Positions 22,473-33,081 of a stretch of DNA of 35,743 nt are shown here, piece after piece. Every line of letters starts with the position of its first letter. Position 1 is the first letter of the stretch. The notes beneath the pieces were generated by a model. That model made no database searches. It was not told the origin of the DNA and worked only from the letters and a program-made list of their open reading frames with translations. The translations under genes and the position numbers were made by a program. This stretch comes from Octopus bimaculoides (lineage: Eukaryota). The DNA is taken from the NCBI RefSeq assembly GCF_001194135.2, contig NC_068997.1, forward strand, positions 35,882,341 to 35,918,083, in the 5' to 3' direction.

Positions 22473-22800
22473 TAAATCATAGTTAGTCAGTGACGTCATT
22501 TTGACGTCAGTAAATAACAGTTTGACAGTGAGGTCATAATTGTAATTTGATAGTATGTAGGTAGTGATGACATTGTAAGGTCAATAAATAATAGTAAAAT
22601 AGGAATATCATGATTCTGAGATCAGTAAATATATACCTGTTAGGTAATGATATACCACTAACCATCTTGATTTTTATTTTTCCTTTGCAGTTTTACTGGC
22701 AATTACAGACTACCATTTGTCAATGTTGACTAGAGAGAGAGGTGAGTTTTCAGATTTTCCTTCTCTAAATAGAATGCTACGTATTCCTCTATGAAATACA

Positions 22801-23648
22801 TTATAATGTTTTTGCTATGTTATCAAATATTGCATTTTCTTTTCTTTGGGGTTTTGGGTGGTGACTCCACCCTCGACTTTTTCTGTCTGCCACAGTTTCC
22901 TCTTGCTTTTCTTCCACCACCTCTACCTCTGCCTCATTGAATATCTCCTCTATTTGCTCTTCTCTTAGGGGACACTTTGCTTGCATGTGTCCCCTACTTC
23001 TACATTTATAACATATGGGTGGTCTCCCCTCCACCACGACCCTCAGTCGGGTCTCATTGGTGAGTACCAACTCTTCTGCAATGTTGTGTAAATATGACAG
23101 GGTCACATGGATTAGAACTTCTAATCCCAAACCCACCAGATGATTTCTCTGGACCTCTCAACTCTTATAACCTCCACCTCGTCCTTACAATTGAAAATAA
23201 TAGCTGTTATCAACCATTCTTCGTTCATCTCCGGAGGCACTCTACCTATTCTTACCCTTGCGGCACATCTTCCGCAATAGGTAGGTAAGAGTGCCCACCT
23301 AGCTGTTTGCAAGGGCACAGTGGAGTGTTTTTTTGCTTCTTCTTTGTTCTTAAATCGCACCACCATTGTTCCATATTGCCTTCCTCTTGTGTAGAAGGTC
23401 GTCATCTCCTTCACTTGGGTCAGACATTCTTCTATTTCTTCTGTTGCTGCTATCTCTATTTTTTTAGTTTCAATATTTAGTGTTCTGTACACTATTATTT
23501 TCTTTTCCGCTCGTTGCGTGTCTTCTTTAGGTGGTGTTACCCGAAGGCAATCTCCTTCCTTTACAATTAAATATCGCATTTTAGTGAAGTATGGGTATTG
23601 TAGATAGAGAACATTTGGTGAGCAAAGGCAAAAGCTCATATGTACCAT
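22801..23648 (-). pseudogene. Tx1/L1-like ORF1 protein (RRM-like region plus CCHC zinc knuckle), frameshifted near 23140; no ORF2
   Basis: ORFs 23121-23648 and 22801-23136 join into ..ARVRIGRVPPE..GLEV..LRVVVEGRPPICYKCRSRGHMQAKC (Cx2Cx4Hx4C), followed by an acidic then basic tail. Confidence 0.65.
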
Positions 23649-23899
23649 AACTCACAATGCTTTTCCAGAGTCAGTGTTACTACTAGCGTTTAGAATACTG
23701 GACTGGATACTTGGATAAATCTAAAATTTAGACATCCAAACTAAAAAGATGCTAACAACTACTGGCATCTTCCACAGTCATATGAATAGGATCTACATTA
23801 AATAGAGTAATGGAAGCAGATACATGAGTCCAAAGAGCCTGTAAGTCTTTGAAAAAACGGTGTACATCAAGTCTTTGAAAATAATGATTTCAAATTTTT

Positions 23900-23985
23900 C
23901 CATTAGACCAGCAATTTTTGAGGGGATGGGGAAGTCAATTGCATTGACCCCAGTGCTCAAATAGTACTTATTTTATCAACAAAGT
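23900..23985 (-). mobile_element. Fragment of the Meta-like SINE family
   Basis: AAGTCAATTGCATTGACCCCAGTGCTCAAATAGTACTTATTTTATCAAC matches 10835-10885. Confidence 0.65.
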
Positions 23986-24040
23986 CTGTGGAAAGAATAG
24001 CATCATGAGATTAGGTAATTAACTGCTGAACAGGTAGATT

Positions 24041-24348
24041 GCTAGAGCACAAAAATGGTGGAAGTATGTATTCTGGTTTTCCTTTGATGTCACCATGATC
24101 AATGTGTACATCTTGCACAAGGAAGCACCAGGTGAGCCCTACCCTAAACTGCTGTCTCATCAACAACTTTTTATCCAGGTAAAGGGGGCCCCATATTGAT
24201 GTTGCAGAAGACATTATCAAGAACCCAACATGTTATGAGTCAACAAAAATCCACACCAAGAGAGGATTACAGAATTGTGTGGGAATGCAAACATTGTGGA
24301 GTGGCACTTAACAAGGACACTGAATGTTTTGCCACATTCCACAATTAC
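24041..24348 (+). mobile_element. piggyBac (PGBD4-like) transposase C-terminal remnant
   Basis: ARAQKWWKYVFWFSFDVTMINVYILHKE..LSHQQLFIQV, then a Cys-rich tail WECKHCGVALNKDTECFATFH. Not in the ORF track. Confidence 0.7.
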
Positions 24349-25817
24349 CAGCAATAGTTTTGTTCCTCTTTGAATGCATTTCAAAAGGATGGAGCAACTT
24401 ACCTGTGCACCCTTGTAACGATGTCACAGACAATAACAAGGACAACAAACCAAAACTCAGTCAGTATATGTATGTGTGTCAGAACTTTTGTGTGTTGTGC
24501 AGTAAACATTCATTATTCATAAAGTGACTGTGTGACTTTGAAAGTGACTCAAGGATGATTCTCAAGCTACGGATTACTTTACCTGTTTGCACCTTCATTG
24601 GATTATTAATTTAGCGTTCAAGCATCATATAGGTCAGTAAATATTTTTGTTGTTGCTGTTTGTTCATCAGTGTTGTTTGTTTTAATAACAAGTAAACATA
24701 ACTCCACTCACAATATTTTTAAAAATTTGGTTTATTAAATTTTCATACTAATTACAGGTAAAAAAACAAATCCATCAACATATGGCAATGACAAGAAAAA
24801 TAATACATTCAACATGCATAACAATCATATCATCGTGTAATTCTAAAATATCATCGAAATCCATCTAAAATCCATTCTAGAATATCATTGAAATCCATCC
24901 CCTAAAAAGTTATTACATTCTAAACATACCTATCTCTTTTTGCCAAATCCTTCTATGAACAAGAAGTTAAAACACAGAGAACTGTACATGAGAGTAAGAG
25001 TTAACATATTTAGGTATTGAAAATATGATTGAAATTAGTATTTCTAAAAATACATGTTAACATGTTTTCAAGGCAATCCAAAAAAAAATATAAATTCACA
25101 GTAAACTAAGGAAACAGTACACGAACTCATACAAAAAGAATGCTAAGAAGAAATATAATTTAAGAAAAGCTATTTTGTATTCAACTATTGGTGACATAAG
25201 TGGATAACGAAAGAATATAAAAAAAACACAAGAATTCTATTTTATGGCAATTAGAAACAGATTTTATGTCACAACACTTAGTTATCTACACGCGATTTTT
25301 GCCTTAAAGAATTGTATTGGGTTGACAACTAAGTTCCTGCCATTTAAAAAATTTTTAATTTTTTAAAAAGTTTAATAAAAAATAACTAATTAATCAATAG
25401 TGTATTCACCCTTGTTTACAACTTCTTCCCAACATTCAACAAGATTTTCAATACCTTGTTGGTAGAAATCACCTGATTTCAACTTGAAAAATTGATCCAA
25501 CCAAGCTCTCACTTCTGCATCAGTATTGAATAAAATTCCATGAATAGAATTTGAAAGAGATTGAAAGAGGTGGAAATCCGTTGGTGCCAAATCAGGAGAG
25601 TACAGCGGGTGTGGCAGCACTTCCCAGCCATGCGTTTGAATGGCTTCCTTGGTCATATTGGTGATATGAGGGTGGGCGTTGTCATGCAGCAGAAGAACTC
25701 CATGCTGCCAATTAGGTCTTTTCTCTTGAATAGCCGCATTGAGTCATTCCATCTGTTGAACGTAGAGTTCTGCATTGACCGTTTGGTTCCTTTCAAGCAG
25801 TTCGTAATGGATAATCC

Positions 25818-26010
25818 TGTAGTGACGCCTAATACCAGTCGCCATTTTGGGAAGTTCGTCTACGCATGTACAGGGACAGGTCTTCCGGAAGGCATGCAGG
25901 AAGTCCCTCATGCGCATGCGTGGTCATCCTATACCAAAGCGTTTCCGCCTTTTCTCGACCTCTTAGCGCTGAACCTTCGAGGAGACGACAGGACCACTAA
26001 GAGCCGCTCT
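25818..26010 (+). repeat. Truncated 5' LTR (193 bp) fused directly to mid-gag
   Basis: Aligns without gaps to 29875-30067 with 13 substitutions, then switches to SEFLRHLQEL. Confidence 0.9.
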
Positions 26011-29000
26011 TCAGAATTTTTACGCCACCTACAGGAGTTGAGCGGTGATTCGACTGATGCTCCTCTCATACGTAAGATTTTTTTCTCTCGATTGCTGTCT
26101 CCCGTACAGACTATTTTGGTGACAGTGCATGATGCCAACACGGTCGATCAAGTCGCCACCATGGCAGATAAGATTCTTGAATTTTCCACCCAGCCTGCAC
26201 AGGGTGCCTGTCTCTCTTCTGTGGTTTCATCAACTGCCTCACATAAATCCTCTCCCTCCTATAATGTATTTGCTGATAAGCTCGATGAGCTCACGCGTTG
26301 GTCGTATGCTCTATGCTGAGATAACAGGCCTTTTTCCTGCGCTTGCTCTCACAGATCTCGTAGTCATTCACCTTCTGGACAACGTCCTGGTTTGTGCTGG
26401 TACCATGCCAAATTTTCTGAAAAGGCACACAAGTGCATTCAGCCATGCTCTTTTAAAGTGTCAGAAAACTTCCAAGGGAGAAATTGAGCACGTCAATTTC
26501 TTTCTCTGCAACTACTTTTAATCATGCAATTTTTGTCCAGGACCAGGTGTCGAAGAAGTACTTCATGATTGACACCAGGTTGTGCTGTATTATTTGGCTT
26601 CTTTGCTTTACTACTGACAAACCTAGGCATACATTTGGTTAGCTTTCTCTATGCCTAGACATTGGTCTGTGTAGAGATTTTCAATGGGTTTTTGTCATAG
26701 CTGACATACCGCATCCTATTTTGGGTGCGGATTTTTAAAATCATTTTAACTTGTTAGTAGATGTTCGGCGTCGGAAGCTTGTCAACAGTTTGACATCACT
26801 CTTTGCGCTGGCAAAGGGCTCTACCAACTCAACTTTAAGCCCAGCATTTTTTATGGCCACTGCTGGGGATGTTTTTCATTCGCTTCTAGCTTCCTTTCCC
26901 GAGCTGGTGGACACAACTTTTCTTCCTCTACACCTACTTTTAATCATGCAATTTTTGTCCAGGACCAGGTGTCGAAGAAGTACCTCATGATTGACACCGG
27001 GTCGTGCTGTAGTATTTGGCTTCTTCGCTTTACTACTGACAAACCTAGGCGTTTTGCATGCGATTGATTCCTCCCTGATACATACATTTGGTCAGCACAT
27101 TCTACCCACCATTTTATCAAGACTACTGGGCCGCCTGTTTTTTCCTGCCCACAGCATCTGGCACCGGAGCGCCTCAAGATATCTAGGGCTGAGCTCGAAC
27201 ACATGCTTCAACTCGGCCTGATACACCCCTCCACCAGCCTATGGGCATCTCCCTTTCATTTGGCGTGAAAAGGTGATTCTGATTTTCGCCCGGTGGGGGA
27301 CTATCGGCGACTTAATGCTGTAACGGTTCTTAACCATTATCCCATTAGGAATCTGCAAGACTTTTCAGCTAATTTACATGACTGTACTATTTTTTCCAAG
27401 ATTGATCTGGTTCGGGCTTATCACCAGATTTCAGTTAATCCAGAGGACATTCCCAAAACTGCCATCACTACTCCTTTTGGCTGTTTTGAATTTCTTTTTA
27501 TGAGCTTCGGTTTGCGGAATGCGACAAGCACATTCCAAAGATTTATAGATGAAGTTTTTCGTGGACTTGATTTTGTATTCGCCTATGTCAATGACATTCT
27601 CATCGCTAGCGATACAAAAGAGAATCATCTCCACCGTTTGTTGCAACTTTTTCAGCGACTCCGCGCATATAATGTAAAGATAAACCCCGATAAGTGTGTT
27701 TCGTTTCTTGCCAATTGCAGCCTGCCGAACGCAGATATAGTACTTTTGATCGTGAGGGACAGGAATTTGTGATTTATACTGATCACAAGCCCCTTACATT
27801 TGCTCTGTCTTCTAAAACAGACAAACTCTCTCCTCGCGCTTTCCGTCACCTGGACTATATCTCACAGTTTACAGGTGACATTCGTCATGTGCCAGGGAAG
27901 GAGAATATCCCTGCTGATGCTCTCTCGAGACTCCCTGTCAGTTCTATTTCCTCTCCTGCAACAATTGATTTACTTGCTATTTCACAGGACCAACCTCCCT
28001 TGTCGACGTTAGATTTAACTTCGCCAAAATTCAACAATTGTGAATTTGCCTATCTTCCGCTCCCTTCATCAGAAGGCTCTATATTGTGTGACACATCTAC
28101 CGGTTCTCCTAGGCCTTTAGTACCTGAGAACCATTAACGTTTGTTTTTGATGCCCTTCATTCCTTGTCACATCCGGGCATCGCTGCCACAGTATAGCTTG
28201 TTACTGCTCGGTTCTTTAAGCCCAATATGCAGCGATTGATTACCACTTGGGCACGCTATTGTATGAAGTGCCAGAGTGCTAAAGTCCATAGGCACGTTCG
28301 TGCTCCGCTTGGACAGTTTCCTTCTCCTGAGGCCTGTTTTCACCATGTCCACCTTGACTTGGTTGGACCATGGCCCGTGAGTCGCGCTTTCTCGTATATT
28401 TCAACTTGTGTCGACCGGTTCTCCCGTTGGCCAGAAGCCATTCTTATAGCAGATATTTCTTTTGAGACTGTTGCAAAAGCTTTCATGTCCAGCTGGATTT
28501 CTAGGTTCGGTGTACCGTCCAGTTTGACCACAGATCATGGTCGACAATTTGAAGCTGTTTTATTTCGTGAATTGTCATGAATCCTTGGGGTGCATCATAT
28601 ATGCACCACCAGCTACCATCCCGCTTCTACTAGGATGGTGGAGCTTTTTCATAGGCAACTAAAGGCCACTTTGCTTGCTCTCTGGATCCGCAGTCATGGA
28701 CTGAACTTCTTCCTGTCGTCCTCCTTGGATGTCGGACTGCGGTTAAAGAAGACCTGGGTTTTTCTTCAGCAGAGCTGTTGTACGGTACCACACTGGCATT
28801 GCCTAGTACGATGTTGGTGCTGGACAAGTCAGAGTCTCTCAATCCAGAGTCTTATGTCACTCGACTACGCAGTTATTTTTGTACCCTTCCTCCTATGGGT
28901 CCTCGACACCAATCTCCACCTTCTAAAGTGCCATCCGATCTTAATTCTTGGACGCATGTTTTTGTTAGGGATGATTCTGTCAGAGGACCCCTTGTTTCTC

Positions 29001-29874
29001 TTTATAAAGGACCCTTTCATGTGCTCTCTCACACGCCAAAATTTTTAAAAATAGACGCTAATGGCCGTACGGAGACTGTGTCTGTAGACCGATTAAAAAA
29101 AAGCGTATTTTGATAAAACTACATCTTTCGTTGACACTACTGCCATGCCCGCCTTTCAACCTTTGCCTACACCTTTGTCAACACCATCACCACTGCATAC
29201 ACCTTTNNNNNNNNNNACCTTTGCCTACACCTTTGTCAACACCATCACCACTGCATACACCTTTGCCAACACCATCAGCATTGCATAGACCTTTAACAAC
29301 ACCACCTTCATCGTTGCGAACTAACTCACATGAACCCTATGTCACTAGGTCTGGCCGAACGGTACATCGGCCAAAGAAACTGTCAAGGACCATTTATATT
29401 TGACTGTATATTGTTACATTGAACTTTCAGCATTTTCTTTTGTACCAATTGCCCGAACTGTGTTTTCCCTTTTTTTGTGTGCTGAACAAACCACACAGCA
29501 ATTTCTTGTGCCACTGCATCAAACATGATGTAATAAAGAAAATGCAGTGACGCAAGCAAAACTTTTACATCCAACAATACCTGCCACCATGCTGAACTTG
29601 ACTTGTGCCACTGGAATATTGCTTTCCTCGTGCATTGCGTTGCAATTCTGTTGGTTTTATTTTCATGTTCTGTGTAACACATTTCTTTTCAATTGCATAT
29701 TGTGTATAGTATTCCAGTACATACGTACATTTTTCCTTTACATGCATGTACATTCATTTCTTTGCTTTGTGTATCTTTTTGCCATATCTTGAGGGTGTTT
29801 TCGGTAGCCATCTTGCCTCAGGCGCCACTCCAATTTTTTTCTATTTCTGTGCTTCCGCACTCGAGGGGGAGCCA

Positions 29875-30372
29875 TGTAGTGATGCCTAATACCAGTCGCC
29901 ATTTTGGGAAGTTTGTCTACACATGTACAGGGACATGTCTTCCGGAAGACATGCAGGAAATTCCTCATGCGCATGCGTGGTCATCCTATATCAAAGCGTT
30001 CCCGCTTTTTCTCGACCTCTTAGTGCTGAACCTTCGAGGAGACAACAGGAACACTAAGAGCCGCTCTGTAACTCTGCCTTTGAGTCTACGCAAACTGCTT
30101 TTGAGGCTGAAGAATGACTTAATCAACCAACATCGACACCGTCTTCACACCAACCATAAAGGATGACCTGGCAATTCCGTTACCTGAGATGTAGGCTGAG
30201 CACCTCATAATAAATATTTGTTATGCTGTTATTCAATTTATCCANNNNNNNNNNCCTCATAATAAATATTTGTTATGCTGTTATTCAATTTATCCAGCGT
30301 TTTCGTTTTTATTGAAGAGAATTGATTTGTATGGGATAGGGTTACCCAATGATGGTGACCCTATCGCCTACA
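29875..30372 (+). repeat. 3' LTR of the CsRn1-type element (contains a 10-N gap with a duplicated overlap)
   Basis: Follows the PPT, starts TGTAG, ends CTACA before the TSD. Confidence 0.9.
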
Positions 30373-31040
30373 ATCCCTTCCCTGTCCCACCATATGCACA
30401 ACATTGTTTTACGCGGATGAAGATCTTGTTTCACGTGTGGTGTCGCTTGTTTACCGGGGTTAAGCCATTCCTTACGCTGCTTCATATTGATGTACAAGCG
30501 CCATTTTTCATTGCCAGTAATGATTCGGTAAAGAAATCATTGTGTCCATGAGCTGAGCAGTGTCGAGCAAGCAAACCAGTGGAGATTGTGGCTCATTGAT
30601 TTTTTGTTGTTGTCACTTAAAGCATGCAGAACCTATGCTCCATACTTCTAAACCTTTCCCATTGAGTGAAGATACTTTTCTATAGTAATGTGGGAGCATT
30701 CTATTTTCTCTGCCAGTTTCTTTGTCGTTTGATGAGAATTTTCATGCAAAGGTTGGTTTAATTGCTCTTCAGTGAACTCAACTGGACGGCCAGAACGAGG
30801 TGCATCTTTGAGATCAAAATTTCCATTTTTGAACTTGGCATACCAACCATGAGCAGTTCTTTCAGCTATGGCACCCTCTCCATACACAGCACAAATGTCG
30901 CGATCAGCTTTTGCGGCCTTAGAACCTTGATTAAAAGCAAAAAGGTGTCGAACATGCTTGTTTTTCTTAACTTGACATTCCATTTTAACAATCTGAAAAT
31001 AAACAAAAATTGACTAAAATTAACTAGGAAAAAAAAAAAA

Positions 31041-31130
31041 AAAAATGATTCAAAAATAGAATTCTCGAAAAATGATTCAAAAATAGAATTCTCAAAAAAC
31101 GATTCAAAAATAGAATTCTCGAAAAATATA
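31041..31130. repeat. 27-bp tandem repeat (~3 copies) in the mariner 5' UTR
   Basis: AAAAATGATTCAAAAATAGAATTCTCG repeated three times with single substitutions. Confidence 0.9.
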
Positions 31131-32768
31131 GATTCCAAAATTTAAAAAACAGCGGGAACTTAGTTGCCGACCCAATATTATAAAACTACTTCTAAATTAA
31201 TTTTATTATATTTTAATGGGAATTTTACAATGAAATGCTGCCACAAATTTCGGAAGGCATTTAAATATTTCAATTCTTAATTATAATTGCTTTGCATTTG
31301 TTATGTAATAAGCATAATTTTTCTAAAAAAATGTAATGTATTTAATAAATAGGTAACTAATTGTCATGGTGTAAAATCTCCGTGTTTCTAATTGTTTTAA
31401 CATAGGACTCTTATGTTTATTTTTTATTCTTTCATCATCCACTGATGTTACCAAGAGTTGAATGCAAAAATAGGTTTTTTTGGATTATATTTCTTCTTAG
31501 CATTCTTTTTGTATGCATTTGTGTACTAGAAATAATTCCTTAGTTCACATTATATGGCATTAAGACTTAAAAGTATTATTTTAAAACATTATTTAAACAA
31601 CTGCTTCTGAAGTTTATCATTCTGCTTAAACTATGAATATGTTTCTATGTGTATGTGCTCAAACTATAAATATATTTCTGTATATATGTGTCATTTACAA
31701 AACATTGTGTGAGCATCTCATCATGTGTTTGCATCTATCAATGTTATTTTTGGTGTCTTTACCAGCCCTCTACCACTACTTTCAGTTTGAATTTTGCTCT
31801 GTCTTTCTTTAACTTTCACCTTCAGCTGACTCCAACTCACACCACTCTTCCTGCTTTTGAAATATAGCCCACAATACCATTACACTTTTATAACTTATTG
31901 GATATATATTGATACGGACCGCTGAAAAACAAAATAGCGTTATGTCCCTATTCCCCGAGCTGGGTTTGAAACCGTATTCTGGTTGTTGAGGACAATGGTA
32001 TTTCTTTTGTCCTGTCAATAAGCACAGTTATTTTTAGCGTAGGAGTATGATCGATGACCCTTTCCGGTCACCGAAAGTTTAGAAAAACAAGTTAGGAACT
32101 GTACTAAACTGACCCAGCTTTGGAGGGAGTAACGTAGGACTTGGGTACGGTATTTGTCATAAATACCAGAGCGAGATTTGGGGAATAGCAGTTGGCGTAC
32201 AGCAGTTGGTGGAAGTGGTCAGCGAGTGAAGATGGACAAACAGTTGGTGGAAGCACGGTTTGATGTAAACACAGCAGCCAGATGGACAGCAGTCAGCCAG
32301 TGAAGAACAAGTGTGTGAAGGCCAGCAGCCAGTGGAGGAGCAAGATGAACAGAGAGACTGACAGAAAGAGGCTAAGAGAGAGAGAGGCTATGGTCATAAA
32401 GTACCAGTCAGCAGATAGGAACAGAGCCAGGCAGAGAGAGGGACAGAGAGATGGAACTGTTGTGGCAGGCAAAAGATTGTAGTAGACTACGTTGGTCAGT
32501 TCTTGTGACTGTAGTGGGATATTTGAAGGAAAGGAAATTCTTGCGGTGAAGGTTTGTTTGCATTTCTTTAAAGAAAAGTGTACTTGCGTTGTTATATGTT
32601 TTTGCAAAGAACTTTGTTAACTCTTGTTAATTGTGATATTAACTGGTTGAAAAGAAAGAACTTTTGTTAACTGTGATGTTAACTGGCAGAAAAGAAAAGA
32701 GAGAACTTTGTTGTTACATGTTGTTCAAAGAAAAGAAAAACAACGAAGTAAAAGAACTTTTTGATTGA

Positions 32769-33081
32769 NNNNNNNNNNNNNNNNNNNNNNNNNNNNNNNN
32801 NNNNNNNNNNNNNNNNNNNNNNNNNNNNNNNNNNNNNNNNNNNNNNNNNNNNNNNNNNNNNNNNNNNNNNNNNNNNNNNNNNNNNNNNNNNNNNNNNNNN
32901 NNNNNNNNNNNNNNNNNNNNNNNNNNNNNNNNNNNNNNNNNNNNNNNNNNNNNNNNNNNNNNNNNNNNNNNNNNNNNNNNNNNNNNNNNNNNNNNNNNNN
33001 NNNNNNNNNNNNNNNNNNNNNNNNNNNNNNNNNNNNNNNNNNNNNNNNNNNNNNNNNNNNNNNNNNNNNNNNNNNNNNNNN
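32769..33081. other. Assembly gap (313 N)
   Basis: N run read directly. Confidence 0.99.

Larger units (their letters stand above)
25818..30372 (+). mobile_element. CsRn1/Kabuki-type Gypsy LTR retrotransposon inserted in the mariner, with internal deletions and a 4-bp TSD ATCC
   Basis: TGTAG...CTACA termini; ATCC at 25814-25817 and 30373-30376. Gag CWYHAKFSEKAHKCIQPC (Cx2Hx9Cx3C). Protease; RT (DYRRLN..FGLRNA..AYVND); RNase H remnant. Integrase HPG..Cxx[20 protein letters not shown]; GPF motif. PPT GAGGGGGAG (29863-29871). Confidence 0.95.
25317..31175 (-). mobile_element. Mariner transposon (mellifera-like TIRs), ~1.3 kb once the LTR insertion is removed; transposase pseudogene split in two
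   Basis: TIRs TTGGGTTGACAACTAAGTTCCTGC / GCGGGAACTTAGTTGCCGACCCAA with TA at 25315-16 and 31176-77. N-part 30983-30377 (MECQ..CAVYGEGA..KDAPRSGRP..WWDREGI). C-part 25817-25390 (IHYELL..LLHDN..LPHPLYSPDLAPTDFHLF). Confidence 0.92.

Noticed and set aside
29158-29268. Apparent tandem duplication in the Pro/Thr-rich integrase tail
   Set aside because: The identical copies flank a 10-N gap (29207-29216); most likely an unmerged contig overlap.
30202-30296. Direct repeat of ~42 bp inside the 3' LTR
   Set aside because: Identical copies flank a 10-N gap (30245-30254); assembly overlap artefact.
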